From: Oscarella lobularis
Lineage: Eukaryota
DNA: 64,000 nt
Assembly (NCBI RefSeq): GCF_947507565.1
Contig: NC_089179.1
Span: 926,681-990,680, forward strand
Direction: 5' to 3'
The first letter of the stretch is position 1; every line of letters begins with the position of its first letter. Under the pieces are notes generated by a model. That model was given only the letters and a program-made list of their open reading frames with translations. It made no database searches and was not told the origin of the DNA. Below are positions 62,745-64,000 of the stretch, piece after piece. The position numbers and the translations under genes were made by a program.

Positions 62745-64000
62745 TTACGAAAGCTCAAAGCCAGCTCCTGATGATATGGCAAAGCGAAGCTTCTCTTGCA
62801 GGATTGACTTGCTACGGTAGTTGGGTAGCTTAAGTAGATTGAAACAGGTCGACGCCGTTGGAAGCCGGTCGGCAAATCCTCGACGAGACTGACGAAAAAA
62901 TCCGCGTATCACTCGTCCCACGGTGTCTCCCTCGTCCTAAGAAAAAAAAACGTGTAGAAATGAACTGTGTGAGGTTTTCTGTTGGGCATACCCTGTCGTC
63001 TTCAACTTGAACGCATCGAACTGCGAACGGAGGCTGCAAATAGGAGAAGCCCAAAATTGGAGGCTTTGAGCAGCTCGTCACGAACTGAGCAAAAAAGATA
63101 TGATACCTCCTGTCTGTTATTTTTGATATTGTACCTTCAAAAAGAGAGCCTTTTCTTTGGAATTAAAGTCATTAGCGACGGTGTCCCACAGCCATCTCAC
63201 GACCTTGTGAGCAGGATGAAATCCGCCGAAATACTGAACGTGTTTCCTAAAAAGCAGGCACTGAATAACTCCTCCAAACGACATTTTCCCTCTCACTTTA
63301 GGTCCTCGACGTCCAGTTCGACGTTATCGCCGGAGATCAACTTTTGGATTTCTCGAGGAGAGAAAAGGCCCAACCATTCGGGGTTAATAATCGAATGAAA
63401 GCCTCGCACGAACTCCGCGGTCTGCTTTCGAAGCTGAGTGTGCATGCGAAAATGCGCAACGCGGTGAATATAACTCATCCTGAAAAAATTACAAAAATGA
63501 CGCGGCTGTCGATATTATTTTGAGGCACGCCTCACTTGTTTTCGTTGGTTACCGGAATCGCACTTCCACCCGGCACTAGATCGTGCGTCAAAAGCTTTCC
63601 GAAAAAATCTTCGTTGAGAGAGAACGTCAGGTCGAGATCGGCAATGTCGTCATCGTAATGCTAATTAAGTACATATAGACTAATATATCCACAAGGACGA
63701 CGATACCTTAACATAATTTAAATTCCTGTACAGATCTTGATCAAACGAGGACAGTTCGTCAAACGGGCTATACGCGGCGCTGTACGTCGTTCCTTTGAGA
63801 TGGACGAGAAAGAAATCAGCAAAAGGCACGTCGACTAAAATACCCTAAATATACAAGACCCTTCAAAAGGAAGGGTTCAATTTAAACGAGATACGCTGCA
63901 CCTCGTACACGGCTTTTCCGAGCATGCGGCCCATGAAATTGAAGAGAGCCCCAAAATTGCCCTGCGCCACGCTGGTCGGAGACGGGTAGAGCGTCTCGTC
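62745..64000 (-). CDS. HECT-domain E3 ubiquitin ligase, C-terminal HECT exons (gene continues beyond the window end)
   Basis: Minus-strand exons: [33 protein letters not shown]; [32 protein letters not shown]; [40 protein letters not shown]; [37 protein letters not shown]; [13 protein letters not shown]; [42 protein letters not shown] (HECT ..[37 protein letters not shown]). Confidence 0.75.

Overview
This window is eukaryotic nuclear DNA, and most of its genes have animal-type orthologues. It is not a prokaryotic locus. Nearly all genes are split by many short GT-AG introns, typically 45-70 bp, and the exon structure can be followed by eye. The window is very compact. I count about 30 protein-coding genes in 64 kb, so intergenic spacers are a few hundred bp or less, and two divergent gene pairs have start codons that abut or overlap. 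From peptide motifs in the ORF track and manual exon joining, I identify in order: a golgin CASP (CUX1-type) gene on the minus strand; two tandem P2X ATP-gated channel paralogs; a BACURD-type KCTD Cul3 adaptor (KCTD10/KCTD13/TNFAIP1 family); a small coiled-coil membrane protein; a full-length nNOS-like nitric-oxide synthase (PDZ, oxygenase, calmodulin-binding, FMN with autoinhibitory loop, FAD/NADPH domains); COQ5 and PPTC7 head to head; a secreted four-TIL-domain protein; a syntaxin-1-like Qa-SNARE; a secreted DOPA-4,5-dioxygenase-family protein; neuferricin (CYB5D2); major vault protein; TFIIH p34 (GTF2H3); two tandem intronless MFS-like transporter paralogs with a captured fragment of the neighbouring gene; an intronless protein with a ubiquitin-like C terminus; PHAF1 (UPF0183); an EHD/dynamin-like GTPase; p70 S6 kinase; SMG9; an atypical AGC-type kinase; an RSRC2/SMAP-domain SR protein; a PAQR receptor; an AidB-like acyl-CoA dehydrogenase; an intronless BPI-fold protein carrying a PA14-like insertion; and the 3' HECT exons of an E3 ligase. 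Repeats include a 29-nt poly-G tract in a NOS intron, microsatellites, and a MITE/SINE-like palindromic element with a tRNA-like T-arm. No CRISPR, rRNA or bona fide tRNA was found. Exon boundaries are approximate because they were joined by eye, and gene-level spans are given. The observations most worth follow-up are the COQ5/PPTC7 pair sharing a CATG at their start codons, the intronless BPI-PA14 fusion, the tandem intronless MFS pair with its duplication scar, and the P2X-P2X-NOS neighbourhood.
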